A stretch of DNA of 64,000 nucleotides from Malacoraja senta (Eukaryota), in contig CM075990.1 of the NCBI GenBank assembly GCA_038087875.1, forward strand, positions 1,552,001 through 1,616,000, written 5' to 3'. This document shows positions 62,123 to 64,000 of the stretch, one piece after another; position 1 is the first letter of the stretch; every line of letters starts with the position of its first letter. The position numbers were made by a program, and so were the translations under genes. The notes beneath the pieces were generated by a model. The model was given only the letters and a program-made list of their open reading frames with translations, searched no databases and had not been told where the DNA came from.

Positions 62123-64000
62123 TGTAGAGCCGTGCATGTTCCTTTAACATAATGACCTCACCACTACTAACCACTCCCCATTATCTTCAGTATAATTGTA
62201 ACCTTCCCACCCCTAGCTCGCTCTCTCTAGCTCCGGTAACGGACCACGAACAGCTAGGGCAATATGTGTGTATACGACTACAATGTATGCAATAAACTAA
62301 GAGTGAAGACACTACGTGTTTGACAAGTCTTTACATGGTGTCACAAAGTTGAACCCTGCGTCTCCTGTCTATCGGGTTTGTTTTGTTTTCTCCAAGTGTT
62401 TATTTTCCTTTCAAACCCTTTATGTACTATGGCCAGCTCGTGTCGTAAGCCTGGCGTTCTGGTGTTTGACTCCGACATCGTTCACCGGTGGACTGTCTTC
62501 CGGCGCGACTTCCAGCACTATGTCGCCATCGCTCATCCTAATGCTACCCCTGCGGTTACAGCGCATCTGCTCCTCAACCTGGCTGGCCCGGAGGCCATGG
62601 AACGTTTTGAATCTTTCGAGTACGCCGATGGTGAGCATGCAGAGGACCCGATATGTCTCACGAATAAATTTGCCGCGCTGTGTGACATTCCCACCAATTG
62701 CATTATGGAGCGGTTCAAGTTTTTCAGCAGGCGCCAGAAACCCGGGGAGCACATCGACACCTTCGTTACATTGTTGCGTCACCTGGCTCGGCGTTGCCGC
62801 CTGGACACGTTGACCCCCGACCAAATGGTCAGAGATGTCCTGGTTCACGGTCTGCAGGACGTGAAGCTACTGGCAGAGCTTCTGAGAAACCCGGACCTCA
62901 CTTTAAACGAAGCTTTGCATGCCTCTCGCATGGCTGCTGCTGTCGACTCCGTATCTCCCCCCTGAGGCCCAGGACATTCACTATGCCGGTACTGCTGAAC
63001 GCCCGCGCCGCGATGGCCCGCCACTCCAGCGTAGCACTCCCGCGCCCGCGAGGGCTAACCCTTGTCGATGCCCAAACTGCAACTTTGTCAGTCATCAATT
63101 TAATGTTTGCCCTGCGCTGGGTAAGACTTGTAATTTCTGTAAGAAGCTTAATCATTTCTCCGCGGTGTGCCTTTCCAGGGGCCAGCCTGTCCCTGCTCCG
63201 AGAAGGAGTCTACACAACCTGACTGCTACTGATAGTGTTTATGGCTCCGAATACCTTTCAGACGAACTCCCTGATTCTGATAACAGCTCCACCCATGATG
63301 AATCGCGTGTTTTTTCAGTCTTGGGTGCACATGCTTTGATAGCTGATCCATCAGTTGGAGTTACTTTGAATGGAAAGACCTTTTCTGCCAAGGTCGACAC
63401 GGGGGCGTTTGCAAAGGTTATGTCGTTAAGCCTCTTTCAGCAGATAAGATCTGGTGAGAATATTACTGCTGACGACTCCCGCCTCCACGCATATGGGGGG
63501 AGCATGCTATTTCCGGTCGGCAAGGCAACCCTTATCTGCACAGTTCTGAATGCCTCTCGGCCCCTCTCTTTCCTCCTGCTGGAATCTGAGAATGTTACTC
63601 TGTTGGGCGCCAGTGCGTGCCAGGACCTCGGTTTGGTTTCCTTCCACCGCGATATCCACCTGGTGCAGACCCCCATGGATCCCATGTGCGAGTACCCCGA
63701 CCGTTTTGACGGTGTATTGGGCAAACTACCCTGCAAGTACAAAATCGAGGTGGACCCGGAGGTCCATGCGGTAGTCCGCCCGGCTCACCGCGTCTCATTT
63801 GCTATGAAGGACAGGGTGGAGTCGACTCTGCGCCAGATGGTGGCCGTGGGCATCATCAAGGAGGTGAGTGATGCCACCCGGTGGGTCTCCACCATGGTCG
63901 TTGCTTCCAAGAAGGACAAGAGTGAGATCCGGATCTGCATAAACCCCAAGGACCTAAACCTTGCCATCAAACGCCCGCACTACCCCATGCGAACGGTGGA
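62123..64000 (+). mobile_element. Gypsy (Mag-like) LTR retrotransposon, 5' part, running off the window
   Basis: LTR TG..CA at 62123-62335 and PBS TGGTGTCA (tRNA-Leu-like) at 62336. Gag from ATG 62429 (ERFKFFSRRQKPGE, CPALGKTCNFCKKLNHFSAVC), protease KVDTGA, and RT start RICINPKDLNLAIKRPHYP. Confidence 0.92.

Overview
Eukaryotic, repeat-dense window, most likely from a cartilaginous fish (skate/ray). This is inferred from the HER1/CR1-type LINEs, the Penelope-LTR repeats and the GPR139-like receptor. Host genes: one intact two-exon GPR139/142-like class A GPCR (minus strand), three intact tRNA genes (Asp-GTC, Phe-GAA, initiator Met-CAT) and one tRNA-iMet pseudogene lacking its anticodon arm. 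The rest is a deeply nested transposon mosaic: two DIRS tyrosine-recombinase retroelements (one with the full ITR/ICR architecture), three Gypsy pieces, a full-length L1, a Rex1/Babar LINE, many CR1 fragments, Penelope fragments whose LTR repeats carry minimal hammerhead-ribozyme motifs, a two-gene Harbinger transposon with its own MITE inserted into it, a 7-bp-TSD DNA transposon, and three non-coding GC-rich elements that share core motifs but have different LINE-like tails. Segmental duplications inside the window supply empty-site copies that fix insertion boundaries and their order. There are two 200-N assembly gaps. All family assignments come from reading motifs by eye; no database search was run.
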